Below are positions 53,835 to 63,438 of a DNA stretch of 64,000 nucleotides, in pieces; positions within the stretch are counted from its first letter, which is position 1; the number at the start of each line of letters is the position of its first letter. The position numbers were made by a program, and so were the translations under genes. The stretch lies in assembly GCA_049852185.1 (NCBI GenBank), contig CP187540.1. The stretch is one strand, 5' to 3'. The notes beneath the pieces are model-generated. The model saw nothing but the letters and a program-made list of their open reading frames with translations, did not search any database and was not told the DNA's origin. The stretch comes from Methanocaldococcus sp. 28A (GTDB lineage Archaea; AGJL01; Methanococci; Methanococcales; Methanocaldococcaceae).

Positions 53835-54083
53835 TTATTTTCTTTTAAAAACTAACTCTATGGCATTTACAGGACATGCTTCTATACAAGCTCCACATCC
53901 ACCACATAAATCTTGATTTACTATATTAACAACTCCATTCTCTACTCTAATAACTACTTCATCACTGTAAGGACCTTTTCCTCCCCATGTCTCTGGATGT
54001 TTTGCATTTACTGGGCAAGAAACAACACAGTTTCCACAACCATGACATCTTTCCGGATATACAACCAACTCATAAGCTTTCAT
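53835..54083 (-). CDS. fwdG: Ferredoxin subunit FwdG
   Basis: Two CxxCxxCxxxCP motifs; position in fwd operon. Confidence 0.9.
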   Translation of the reverse strand: MKAYELVVYPERCHGCGNCVVSCPVNAKHPETWGGKGPYSDEVVIRVENGVVNIVNQDLCGGCGACIEACPVNAIELVFKRK

Positions 54084-54119
54084 TTCCTCACCTTTCAATG
54101 ATTTTTAATTATTTTTTAT

Positions 54120-55187
54120 TTATCCCATTAACTTTTCAAATGCTTTCTTCCAAGCTATTGCTTTTGGTTCTCTTTCAAAGTTAATTTCTGTTCTTTTAAC
54201 TTTTATAGCGTTAACTGGACATGCCTTAGCACAAGCTCCACATAAAACACATAAGTTTTGATTAACAATTAATCTTGGAACTTTTTCAGCTTTATCTCTT
54301 GGTTTAGGGAATTCTAAAGCACTACATGGACATATAGCAACACAAGCTCCACAAGCGTTACATGCATCAACATCAATTATAACCTCTCCTTTGAATGGTT
54401 TCTCAACTTCAATAGCTTCTGCAGGACAAATGAAAGCACACCATCCACAGGTTACACAGGCATCTTTATCAACGACTGTTTTTCCATTTATATCTTCATA
54501 TAATTTTGCTTGTGGAATTCTCTTCATCATTGGACACTTGTAACAAATAACTTCAATAGCATCATGTGGGCAGACAAACTCACAAACTTTACAGTAAACA
54601 CACTTGTCTCTATCAACTTCAATGTCAGTTATTGGTTTTGGATTTGTTGGTGATGGATAGTTGTATTTTAAATCAATAGCCTCTGCTGGACAGTATTCAG
54701 CACAAACTCCACATAAAACACACTTCTCTTTGTTTATATTTATCTCACCAATAACAAACTTCTCTCTCTCAGCTAATGTTCTTTCAACTTCTATTGCTGA
54801 TTGAGGACAAACTATTTCACACTGCTTACATAAAACACACTTATCTTGGTAGATTTTAATATCCCTCTTAATTTTTGGATATCTCTCATCCTCTTTTATT
54901 GATTTTCCATTGATTTTTAAATCTATAGCATCAAAAGGACATGCTGATGCACATAACCCACATAAAGCGCAGACATCTTTATCAATATCCAATTTTGGTG
55001 CTATTATATTCCCCTTAGCTATAGCCCCTAACGGACCCATAGCTATAGCACTTACTGGACAGATATCAGCACAGATTCCACAACCTACACAGAAGTCATC
55101 ATTCCAAAACAGCTCTCTTTTTTCTACTGCTCCCTCTCTATATATAATAAATCCATTTTCATAAACTTCTTTTACTTGCTCAATCAT
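54120..55187 (-). CDS. fwdF: Polyferredoxin FwdF
   Basis: Eight CxxCxxCxxxCP motifs. Confidence 0.92.
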   Translation of the reverse strand: MIEQVKEVYENGFIIYREGAVEKRELFWNDDFCVGCGICADICPVSAIAMGPLGAIAKGNIIAPKLDIDKDVCALCGLCASACPFDAIDLKINGKSIKEDERYPKIKRDIKIYQDKCVLCKQCEIVCPQSAIEVERTLAEREKFVIGEININKEKCVLCGVCAEYCPAEAIDLKYNYPSPTNPKPITDIEVDRDKCVYCKVCEFVCPHDAIEVICYKCPMMKRIPQAKLYEDINGKTVVDKDACVTCGWCAFICPAEAIEVEKPFKGEVIIDVDACNACGACVAICPCSALEFPKPRDKAEKVPRLIVNQNLCVLCGACAKACPVNAIKVKRTEINFEREPKAIAWKKAFEKLMG

Positions 55188-55626
55188 AACTCTCCCTCAC
55201 AAATTTTAGTGAATTAGTAGGACATCTAAATATGCAAGATGCACATAGACAGCAAGAATTTTCATCTATATTGATGGTGAAATCATCAAGTGTGAGTGCT
55301 ACACACACCAAGCAAGAACCACAAGCTATGCAGGAATTTTCATCCCATAAAAGCTTTACATTGTATAATTCTTTTATTAAGCTCTTTGCAAGTTCTTTAT
55401 CATCAGTTAAAGAATGAATTATTTTTGCCCCATATTTTGGAGGTAGTTCTTCAATAGTTTTCGCTATTTCTAAAATTTTCTTCTTTGGATATCTTCCAGA
55501 GAGATAATGAGAGACAATTGACCTATCACTCTTGATAATTTTTGCTATTTCTTTCTGTGTAAGTTTTTTTCTCCTTAATTTCATTACCACTATTGCCTTT
55601 ATTCCTGATAGAATATGCTCTGGCAT
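55180..55626 (-). CDS. fwdH: FwdH: HTH plus 4Fe-4S domain
   Basis: LTQKEIAKII...RSIVSHYLSG HTH and two Cys clusters; first gene of the operon. Confidence 0.85.
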   Translation of the reverse strand: MPEHILSGIKAIVVMKLRRKKLTQKEIAKIIKSDRSIVSHYLSGRYPKKKILEIAKTIEELPPKYGAKIIHSLTDDKELAKSLIKELYNVKLLWDENSCIACGSCLVCVALTLDDFTINIDENSCCLCASCIFRCPTNSLKFVRESYD

Positions 55627-55711
55627 TCTCCCACATGGACATACTTTTAGTTAGATAATTTCATTTATAAATACTATGTATGAAGTTTAAGTAGAAAATC
55701 TTTTATATTAC

Positions 55712-55728
55712 TGTGTGCTATGCTCACA
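55712..55728. promoter_or_regulatory. Imperfect palindrome, candidate operator of the fwd operon
   Basis: TGTGTGC-TAT-GCTCACA (6 of 7 positions symmetric), directly upstream of minus-strand TATA-like TAATATAAAA (55701-55710). Confidence 0.4.
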
Positions 55729-55864
55729 TTGTTAATTAATAGTTCACCATAGATGAATATAACTTCTATTTTTGGTAGAAAAACTTTATATTAGTAAAGT
55801 TGATAATATAAAAAATACTAACCGCAAAAAATAAATATTATATGGATTTAAATTAGAAAGTTTT

Positions 55865-56821
55865 ATGGTGATGATTATGAGAGAAATTTTAATATCTGAA
55901 TGTATAGAATTATTAAGAGCTCACAAATTTACAGTTTCAAAACCCTTAGGTAGAAGTTGCTTTGATATGGTTGCAAGTAGGGAGGATGTTAGATTAATTT
56001 TAAAGATTTTAAAAAATATTGATAGTTTGAGTAGAGAGCAGTCAAGAGAGTTGAAAAAGATTAGTAAAATACTACATGGTACTCCCCTAATAATTGGAAT
56101 TAGAACAAGAAATGCCCCTATGGAGCCTGGGGTTGTTTATGATAGATACAATATAAAAGCAGTAACCTTTGAAACGTTTAGGGATTATTTAGAAGGAAGT
56201 CCTCCAGTAGTTTATGCAAATAGGGGGGGATTCTTTGTAAAGATAGATGGAAAGGTTTTAAAAGAAGTTAGAGAAGCTCTGGGAATATCTGTTGGAAAAT
56301 TGGCTGAAATAGCTGGAGTTTCAAGAAAGGCAATATATAAATATGAAACTCAAATGGCTAATCCTTCCGTAGATGTAGCTATAAAGATTGAGGAATACTT
56401 AGATGTGCCTTTGGTTAAAGGTATTGATTTATTTGAACCTGTTAATGATGAAGATATTGACAATAAATTAGAGAATTTAGAAGATTTTAAGAAAGAAGCT
56501 ATAAATTTTCTAAACGAGTTAGGATTTAAATCATTTGTTGTTGAAAAAGCTCCATTTGATGCTGTAGCTGAAAAAGATATGAATAACAATCTAAATATCC
56601 TATTAACAAATATTGAAGAAAAGAGTAATGAAGAAGTAAAAAGAAAAGCTTTATTTGTTAGAGAATTATCAAGGTTGTTAGATGGATATTCATTATTAAT
56701 ATTAGAAGAGAAAGAGAAAGAATATAAAAACCTACCGGTTGTTAGTATTGAAGAGCTAAAAAAGATGGATGATGCTCTTGAGTTAATTGAACACATAAAA
56801 TCAATGTTAAAAAATATATAA
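55865..56821 (+). CDS. Archaeal HTH transcriptional regulator (COG1395)
   Basis: SCFDMVA, LKILKNID, YANRGGFFV, Xre-type HTH and KAPFDA. Confidence 0.85.
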   Translation: MVMIMREILISECIELLRAHKFTVSKPLGRSCFDMVASREDVRLILKILKNIDSLSREQSRELKKISKILHGTPLIIGIRTRNAPMEPGVVYDRYNIKAVTFETFRDYLEGSPPVVYANRGGFFVKIDGKVLKEVREALGISVGKLAEIAGVSRKAIYKYETQMANPSVDVAIKIEEYLDVPLVKGIDLFEPVNDEDIDNKLENLEDFKKEAINFLNELGFKSFVVEKAPFDAVAEKDMNNNLNILLTNIEEKSNEEVKRKALFVRELSRLLDGYSLLILEEKEKEYKNLPVVSIEELKKMDDALELIEHIKSMLKNI

Positions 56822-56839
56822 ATAATAAAAGCTTTTTTA

Positions 56840-56953
56840 TATAGTTGTGTGCAAAATAAAATAAACTTTTATAAGGACAATTTGAATGCCTTCTTTAAGG
56901 AAGGCATTCACTAATTCCTTATTTTATTTAAGATAGTTTTGCACACAACTATA
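56840..56953. mobile_element. MITE family A, copy 2 (114 bp, inverted)
   Basis: TATAGTTGTGTGCAAAA / TTTTGCACACAACTATA; hairpin TGAATGCCTTC-TTTAAG-GAAGGCATTCA. Confidence 0.85.
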
Positions 56954-57602
56954 AATCTATTGGCTCACCAATCTTTGGAACTACTACCTCAACACCCAAA
57001 GCCTCTGCTTTTTTTACAAACTCATATACATCAACTTCAATCAATGGAAATGTGTTATAGTGCATTGGAATAACTATTTCTGGATATATTAGCTCAATAG
57101 CCACTAACGCCTCATCAATTCCCATTGTGTATCTTCCACCAATTGGTAATAAAGCTATCTGTGGAGCATATATTTCTCCAATCAACTCCATATCTCCAAA
57201 TAAACCAGTATCTCCTGCATGATAAACTCTATCATTTATAATAAATCCCGCAGCCACACCTCCGCTTATAGTTGGAGATATGTCTGATGAATGCTCAGCT
57301 TTAACCATTGTTAATTTTGCTCCATTTATCTCTATAGTCCCTCCAATATTCATTCCTTCTGCATTAACTCCTCTCTCTGATAAATAAACACTAATCTCAT
57401 GATTTGTAACCACTGGAACATTGTAGGTTTTAGATAACCCTTCAGCATTACCTAAATGGTCTGCATGTCCATGAGTTACTGCTATTACATCAACACCTTC
57501 CATTATCTCATCAAAAGGCAAATTACACAAAGGATTAGGAACAAATGGATCAATCAATACATTATCTACTTTAAAGCATGCATGACCATACCATGTTATC
57601 AT
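56949..57602 (-). CDS. UPF0173 metal-dependent hydrolase (MBL fold)
   Basis: WYGHACF, THGHADH, YHAGDT and IPMHYNTF. Confidence 0.9.
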   Translation of the reverse strand: MITWYGHACFKVDNVLIDPFVPNPLCNLPFDEIMEGVDVIAVTHGHADHLGNAEGLSKTYNVPVVTNHEISVYLSERGVNAEGMNIGGTIEINGAKLTMVKAEHSSDISPTISGGVAAGFIINDRVYHAGDTGLFGDMELIGEIYAPQIALLPIGGRYTMGIDEALVAIELIYPEIVIPMHYNTFPLIEVDVYEFVKKAEALGVEVVVPKIGEPIDL

Positions 57603-57683
57603 CCTATCACCTCCACATAATAATTTTAATGTTAAGCTATTAAAATTTTATTGTGTCTTATATAATATAAATTGGTGAAAATT

Positions 57684-58328
57684 ATGAAAATTGTAGGGAT
57701 TACAGATTTGCATGGAAAACTTCCAGCAGTAGTTAAAAAGTTTAAGGATTTTGCAGATATTTTAGTTGTTTGTGGGGATATAACACACTTTGGTAAAGGA
57801 ATTGAAGTTATAGAAAAGTTGGCTGAATTATCAGATTATATGGAAGTTCTTTGCGTTCCAGGAAATTGTGATACTAAAGAGGTTGTAGATGAGTTAAATA
57901 GCTTTAATTTAAACATAGATGGAAAAGTGAAAAAAATAGACAATATAAATTTTGTTGGAATAGGGGGGAGTAATAAAACCCCTTTTAACACTCCTAATGA
58001 ATATACAGAAGAAGAGATATATAATAAGCTTATAAATGTGGTTAAAAATTTAAAAAATATATTTTTAGTTAGCCATGCTCCTCCATATAATACAATGGCG
58101 GATATTGTTGATTTAGACAATGATATTCATGTTGGATGCAAATCTATAAGAAAGATAATTGAAGATTTTAATGAAAATATAATATTCTGTGCCTGTGGGC
58201 ATATACATGAAAGTAGATGTATAGACAAAATTAGAAAAACAATAGTTGTAAATCCTTCTCCAAAGAGTTATTTTGTTTATGATACAAAAAAGAATGTTGT
58301 AGTTTTAGAGGATTTTAAGGGGATTTAA
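57684..58328 (+). CDS. Metallophosphoesterase
   Basis: TDLHG, CGDIT, PGNCD, SHAPP and CGHIHE. Confidence 0.9.
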   Translation: MKIVGITDLHGKLPAVVKKFKDFADILVVCGDITHFGKGIEVIEKLAELSDYMEVLCVPGNCDTKEVVDELNSFNLNIDGKVKKIDNINFVGIGGSNKTPFNTPNEYTEEEIYNKLINVVKNLKNIFLVSHAPPYNTMADIVDLDNDIHVGCKSIRKIIEDFNENIIFCACGHIHESRCIDKIRKTIVVNPSPKSYFVYDTKKNVVVLEDFKGI

Positions 58329-58337
58329 TTAATTAAG

Positions 58338-58763
58338 TTAAATTTTTGGTTTTTTAGATAGAATATATGTAAAGAAAGCTATTATTAGTAAATAAACATT
58401 TAATGGAATTGGGGCTTTTGTAGTATTTTTGTTAAAATTGTATTCTATTGGATATATATAAACTCCAATATTGTTAATAGTAACTATATTAGTATTCCTA
58501 GGACTTTGATGAAATATCCAATTATATCCTGAAGTACTCACTGAATTCCCACTATAATTTGGGTCAATTGTTATGTTGATGGTATATTTTCCAATATAAA
58601 TTATCTTTTGGAAATATTCATTATTTGGAATTATTTTCTGATAAATAATTTCCCCACTACTCACATTTTTTATAGTTATATTTATAGCATTAATTTCTGC
58701 AAAACAATTCTGTAAAAACAATAAAGACGTTAAAATTAATAAAATAATTTTAATATCTTTCAT
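58338..58763 (-). CDS. Small secreted protein with PIP-CTERM-like sorting signal
   Basis: Signal peptide; C-terminal TKAPIP + hydrophobic helix + KKPK. Confidence 0.65.
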   Translation of the reverse strand: MKDIKIILLILTSLLFLQNCFAEINAINITIKNVSSGEIIYQKIIPNNEYFQKIIYIGKYTINITIDPNYSGNSVSTSGYNWIFHQSPRNTNIVTINNIGVYIYPIEYNFNKNTTKAPIPLNVYLLIIAFFTYILSKKPKI

Positions 58764-58872
58764 ATTCTTACCTCCTAAAAATTATTTAATAGATAGATAT
58801 GTTATATAAAAAAAATTTATGTTTAATTCATAGTTATGACAGTGTGATTACAATAGTCTTTTCTTTATTTAC

Positions 58873-58959
58873 ACTACTACACTTTTTAATTACTTCATAA
58901 AATGATATGTTGTATTTATTGCTTAAATATTTATATTTTACTACTACACTTTTTAATTA
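58873..58959. repeat. Perfect 20-bp direct repeat in a divergent promoter region
   Basis: ACTACTACACTTTTTAATTA at 58873-58892 and 58940-58959. Confidence 0.8.
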
Positions 58960-59072
58960 ATTGTGAATAATCGCTACAAATTTAATAAAACCGATATTAC
59001 ATTTGAGGTTAGATAATTACTTTCACATTGAATCAACTATCGCAACGATTTATGGTAAAATTAGGTGAAAAT

Positions 59073-59504
59073 ATGGAAAAGAAGAAAGAACTTTTAAAGA
59101 AAATCAGAGAATTTATGATTTTGAATTTAGAGATTAAAAAACTATCAAAAGAATTAGGAATTAATGAAATATATGATATTTATGAAGAGGTTACAAAACT
59201 TGTTAGAGAACCAAATAAAAGATTATATAAAATGCTTTATGATGTAGCAATGGAAATAGAATATGAAGAATTTGGTGGAAAGAAAAGGAAAGAAATTCCA
59301 TGGTTTCCAAAGATTGATTATGAAAAATGCAAAAATTGTAAGAAATGTGTAGAATTTTGTCCTAAAGGTGTTTATGATATAGAAAACGGTAGAGTTATTG
59401 TTAAATACCCATATAATTGCATAATTAACTGCAACGCTTGCTCATATATGTGCTGTGAGAACAACGCCATAATTTTTCCAGAGAATAAAATAGAAAAATT
59501 ATAA
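59073..59504 (+). CDS. Ferredoxin-family protein with N-terminal helical extension
   Basis: CKNCKKCVEFCP and CIINCNACSYMCC; ATG 59073 follows GGTGA. Confidence 0.8.
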   Translation: MEKKKELLKKIREFMILNLEIKKLSKELGINEIYDIYEEVTKLVREPNKRLYKMLYDVAMEIEYEEFGGKKRKEIPWFPKIDYEKCKNCKKCVEFCPKGVYDIENGRVIVKYPYNCIINCNACSYMCCENNAIIFPENKIEKL

Positions 59505-59514
59505 GTGATAGATT

Positions 59515-60195
59515 ATGAAAATTGGTTATTTGAGTATTAGTGATAAAACAACAGTTATGTGTTACGGATGTAATTTTAAATGCAAAAATTGTTTTGTTAA
59601 GATGGAGAGTTTCAAAGATATACCCCCAAAAAAATTATGCAAAATAATTGATGATTTATGCACTAAAAAGAAAATAAATAATATCTTAATAGCCGGTGGT
59701 GAGCCTACTCTCCAGAAAGATTTGCCTGAATTTACAAGATTGTTAAAGAGTAAAAATAGAGAAGTGATTTTAACAACAAACGGTTATTATTTAAAAAATA
59801 TTGTTGATGATTTATTTGTTGATGAAATACATGTTGATTTAAAAGCTTATGATGATGAAAAACATAAATATCTAACTGGAAAATCAAATAAAAATGTCCT
59901 AAAATGTATAGAATATTTAGCAAAGAAAAAATTTAATTTTGAGGTAGATACTGTTCTAATTCCAAATATTGTTGATATAGATGAGATTGAGAAGATTGCA
60001 AAATTTTTAAGTAAATGGGACGCTAAATATAGAATTATTGGATATACTCCATTTAACAATAATTTAAATGCACGAAAACCTACAAAGGAAGAACTTTTAA
60101 AGGCAAAAGAAATTGCAAAAAAATATTTAAGTAATGTAACTACCTCATTAGATTTTAGAAGGCATAAAAAAGTTAAAGAGATTATAAAATTTTGA
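59515..60195 (+). CDS. Radical SAM protein (activating-enzyme-like)
   Basis: GCNFKCKNC, GGEPTLQ, TTNGY and VDLKA. Confidence 0.88.
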   Translation: MKIGYLSISDKTTVMCYGCNFKCKNCFVKMESFKDIPPKKLCKIIDDLCTKKKINNILIAGGEPTLQKDLPEFTRLLKSKNREVILTTNGYYLKNIVDDLFVDEIHVDLKAYDDEKHKYLTGKSNKNVLKCIEYLAKKKFNFEVDTVLIPNIVDIDEIEKIAKFLSKWDAKYRIIGYTPFNNNLNARKPTKEELLKAKEIAKKYLSNVTTSLDFRRHKKVKEIIKF

Positions 60196-60207
60196 TGAAT
60201 AAAGTTT

Positions 60208-61353
60208 TTAATTTTTAGATAAATTTTGATAGTATTTTAATAGTTGAGCCTCTAAATCTTTAATGCTTCCATTGAATTTGATAACTTTTTTTCCATTCTC
60301 TAAAAGTTTTAAGTTTAGTCTATTCATCTCACCAACTGGAAAGTTTGTATCTATAACTACATCACACATTTTTAAGTATTTTAGTGCCTTATTAAAACTA
60401 TCTTCTGAAATTGGTTGATAAGCTTTCTCTTCAATAATCTCAACTTCCATAGTTTTAGCTATTACATAATCAATATCATTCTCATGTAAGACCCCACAAT
60501 AAACCTTATATCCATTTTTAACCAAATATCTCAAAACATTGGCCCCACTTCCTCCTCCACAAACAACAAAAACTTTTTTATCACTTGTATTTTCATTTTT
60601 TAATTCAAAATAACCAATTTCTTTACTAAAATTTGCATTTTTTAAATCATAGAGGTTATTTACTGTTTCTTTGTCCATAACATCTTCTGGATGTCCATAA
60701 GCTATTATCCTACCATTTTTGATTAGTGCTATTTTGTCGGCAATCCTTAAGGCGAGTTCTATATCATGAATAGTCACAATTATAGCGAGATTTTTTTCTG
60801 TTGCCAATTTTCTCAACAACAAAGTAAGCTCTATCTTGTGCCTTGCATCTAAAAAGGATGTGGGTTCATCTAAAATTAAAACCTTTGGTTCTTGTGCTAA
60901 TGCCCTTGCTATCATTATCTTCTGTCTTTCTCCATCACTCATTTCAAGGAAGTTTTTTTCTAATAAGTGAAGAGCATTAACAGCTTTCGCAGAATTTATA
61001 ATAATTTCCTTATCCTTCTCAGATAATCTTCCAAATAAATCTGTATAGGGATGCCTTCCTATTGCAATTATATCAAATCCTGTTAAATTTCCTGGATTTA
61101 CTCTTTCTGTTAAAACTACAGCCATTTTTTTAGCAAGTTGAGAAGGTTTTAGTTTATGTATTATATTTGAATCTAAATAAACTACTCCTTTTATAGGTTC
61201 TAAGTATGTCGCTATACACTTCAATAGTGTTGATTTTCCAACACCATTTGGTCCTATTATTGCCAAAATTTCTCCTTCTTTAACTTCTAAATTTACATTA
61301 TCGACGACAACCCTCTTATGATAACCAACGGCAAGGTTCTCAGTTTTTAACAT
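60208..61353 (-). CDS. Metal-chelate (Fe/cobalamin-type) ABC transporter ATPase with C-terminal extension
   Basis: GPNGVGKST, GRHPY, MSDGERQ, LILDEPT and VVCGGGSG extension. Confidence 0.9.
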   Translation of the reverse strand: MLKTENLAVGYHKRVVVDNVNLEVKEGEILAIIGPNGVGKSTLLKCIATYLEPIKGVVYLDSNIIHKLKPSQLAKKMAVVLTERVNPGNLTGFDIIAIGRHPYTDLFGRLSEKDKEIIINSAKAVNALHLLEKNFLEMSDGERQKIMIARALAQEPKVLILDEPTSFLDARHKIELTLLLRKLATEKNLAIIVTIHDIELALRIADKIALIKNGRIIAYGHPEDVMDKETVNNLYDLKNANFSKEIGYFELKNENTSDKKVFVVCGGGSGANVLRYLVKNGYKVYCGVLHENDIDYVIAKTMEVEIIEEKAYQPISEDSFNKALKYLKMCDVVIDTNFPVGEMNRLNLKLLENGKKVIKFNGSIKDLEAQLLKYYQNLSKN

Positions 61354-61387
61354 TTAATCACCTTAAGAATATTAAAAATTAAAACCA

Positions 61388-63421
61388 TTAAAATCTTCTA
61401 TTATATATTTTAATTAAAAATAGCCCTATTAAAAATCCAATTAAAGTAATTCCCGTATTAAAGCTATTGTTTGTATCTTCCTCGATTTCTACTCTTTTTG
61501 TGATTGTGTAATTTTTTACAATTTTATTAATCTTTATAATAACTTTTGATTGATTAATTGTTAAATTGTAGTAATAATCTTTGAATTTCATCTCTTTTGG
61601 CTTTATGATTTCAACAGACTCTTTAAAATTCCATATATAATCTTTTAATCTTTTATAAGGCATATAATATATAACATAACCTTTTATTTCTGTGCTTTGT
61701 GAAATATTTATTGGAATTGAAAATATTTTTGTTTCATTTGGCGGTAATTCAAATGAAATACTTGTTTTATTTGGTTTGTAGTTATCATAATCTACAAAGT
61801 AAATATATCCTCTAATCTTCTTATTGAATGGATTTTTAACTGTAATATTGCAATATATTGTTACATTTGTCTCATTAGTTCCATTAAGATATATTGTTTT
61901 ATTACTAAGAGAAACATTGATAAGATTTAACTTTTTTATTTCTATTACACATTCATCAGATGTTGTATGACCAAAAGTATCATTAACTTTTAATTTTACA
62001 AGATAAACACCTTCTTTTTTATATTTATGAACAGGGTCTGGAGTTGTTGATGTTGAATTATCACCAAAATTCCAATAGTAGTAAAGTTCAGTACTACCCT
62101 GACATAAAGAATAGAAATGTACTTCGTAATTATCAACAATCTCAAAAGCAAAGTATGCTTTTGGTAATGATATATTTTCCTCTGATATCGGAATTATATG
62201 AACAATCATTGTGTCTTTCAATGGAACTTCTACAATTTTTCCATTTTCATCAAACAGGTAAATATAAGAAATTTTTATCTCTGTCGTTAGATTTTCATTC
62301 TTTAGTGGTTCTATCCAGAAAGACAAAATATTAAAGTTACCACTTTTTGTTCCATTTATTCTAATATCAAAATCTAATGTTCCATTTTCAACAGACCAAT
62401 TTTTTTCAATAGTATTTAAACTTGTAGATATATCACTAATTTTTAGTATAGAAGAATTATATGTTATTTTTCCTTTAATTTCAGATATATTTGCATCAAT
62501 ATTTTTTGCTTCAATGTAACAAAGTTTAATATCTCCATAGGTAATATTTTCTTCAGTAGTATAAAAACCAACATACTTTTCTGTAGTAATGGTCTCATTC
62601 CCTATGGTAAAATTTGCGGGTTTTACAATAGTTTCATTACCATTTATTTTTATAGATGCATTAATTATATAATTTCCAGTTTTATTGGTAAAAAATGTTA
62701 ATTTCATCAAATCAAAATCTTCTTTTGAGGTATTTAAATTTATAAAAAAAGATAAACTGTTATCATTATAATTCAAATTTACATTTGAAATGTTATCTTC
62801 TAAATAATAAAAGTTTAAATTTACTAAAGTTAAATTAGGGTAATATATTGTTCCTGTTATATTGGTTATATTTCCTTTTGCATTTTTTATTGAAACAATT
62901 GTATCAAAATTCTCATTTAACTTTGGATTTATAGGGGTTATTTCTACAATTGTTAAATTTAATCCAATAATAGTTATATTTACAGAATTATAGGTTACAT
63001 TTTTTAATACATCCCCATTTTCATCAGAAAGTACAGGCTTTTGAAAAATTGTATATGTCCCATTATTTAATGTCCTAAATTTCAAAGTAGCGATTGTAAT
63101 GTTCCCAGATGGATAATTACTAAACCATGCTAATTGTATATTTATTATGCCATTCTCAACAGAAATTTTCTTTAAATTTGCATTATTACTTATATCACTT
63201 AAAATTATATCATCTGGAGTTATATTTAGAGAGGTTGGGTAATATATAGTATCTTGAAATCCACCCAATTTTTCAGATGTATTAACGGTTAGGGTTAATG
63301 TAAAGGAGTCATATTCCTTGATAGTAATATTCTCTGGAATTAGTTTAACCTCATCACCGAAACTTGTATGAAAATATAATATAAATGGAATTAAAACTAA
63401 TATTAAAAATTTCTGTCTCAT
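61388..63421 (-). CDS. Surface protein with about 3 cohesin-like domains, a PKD domain and a C-terminal TM anchor
   Basis: Signal peptide; repeated G.I.Y....L / G...I..L.F / L.DENG beta-sandwich pattern; PKD WNFGD...P.H.Y...G.Y.V.L.V. Confidence 0.7.
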   Translation of the reverse strand: MRQKFLILVLIPFILYFHTSFGDEVKLIPENITIKEYDSFTLTLTVNTSEKLGGFQDTIYYPTSLNITPDDIILSDISNNANLKKISVENGIINIQLAWFSNYPSGNITIATLKFRTLNNGTYTIFQKPVLSDENGDVLKNVTYNSVNITIIGLNLTIVEITPINPKLNENFDTIVSIKNAKGNITNITGTIYYPNLTLVNLNFYYLEDNISNVNLNYNDNSLSFFINLNTSKEDFDLMKLTFFTNKTGNYIINASIKINGNETIVKPANFTIGNETITTEKYVGFYTTEENITYGDIKLCYIEAKNIDANISEIKGKITYNSSILKISDISTSLNTIEKNWSVENGTLDFDIRINGTKSGNFNILSFWIEPLKNENLTTEIKISYIYLFDENGKIVEVPLKDTMIVHIIPISEENISLPKAYFAFEIVDNYEVHFYSLCQGSTELYYYWNFGDNSTSTTPDPVHKYKKEGVYLVKLKVNDTFGHTTSDECVIEIKKLNLINVSLSNKTIYLNGTNETNVTIYCNITVKNPFNKKIRGYIYFVDYDNYKPNKTSISFELPPNETKIFSIPINISQSTEIKGYVIYYMPYKRLKDYIWNFKESVEIIKPKEMKFKDYYYNLTINQSKVIIKINKIVKNYTITKRVEIEEDTNNSFNTGITLIGFLIGLFLIKIYNRRF

Positions 63422-63438
63422 TGTTATCCCCCATATTA

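Noticed and set aside
50531-55626. Missing fwdB as a novel loss or hidden selenoprotein ORF
   Set aside because: No intergenic space for it; the B subunit is encoded separately in Methanococcales
58873-58959. Mini-CRISPR (two repeats, one spacer)
   Set aside because: 20-bp AT-rich repeat is too short, lacks the GAAAC/G-type end and has no cas context
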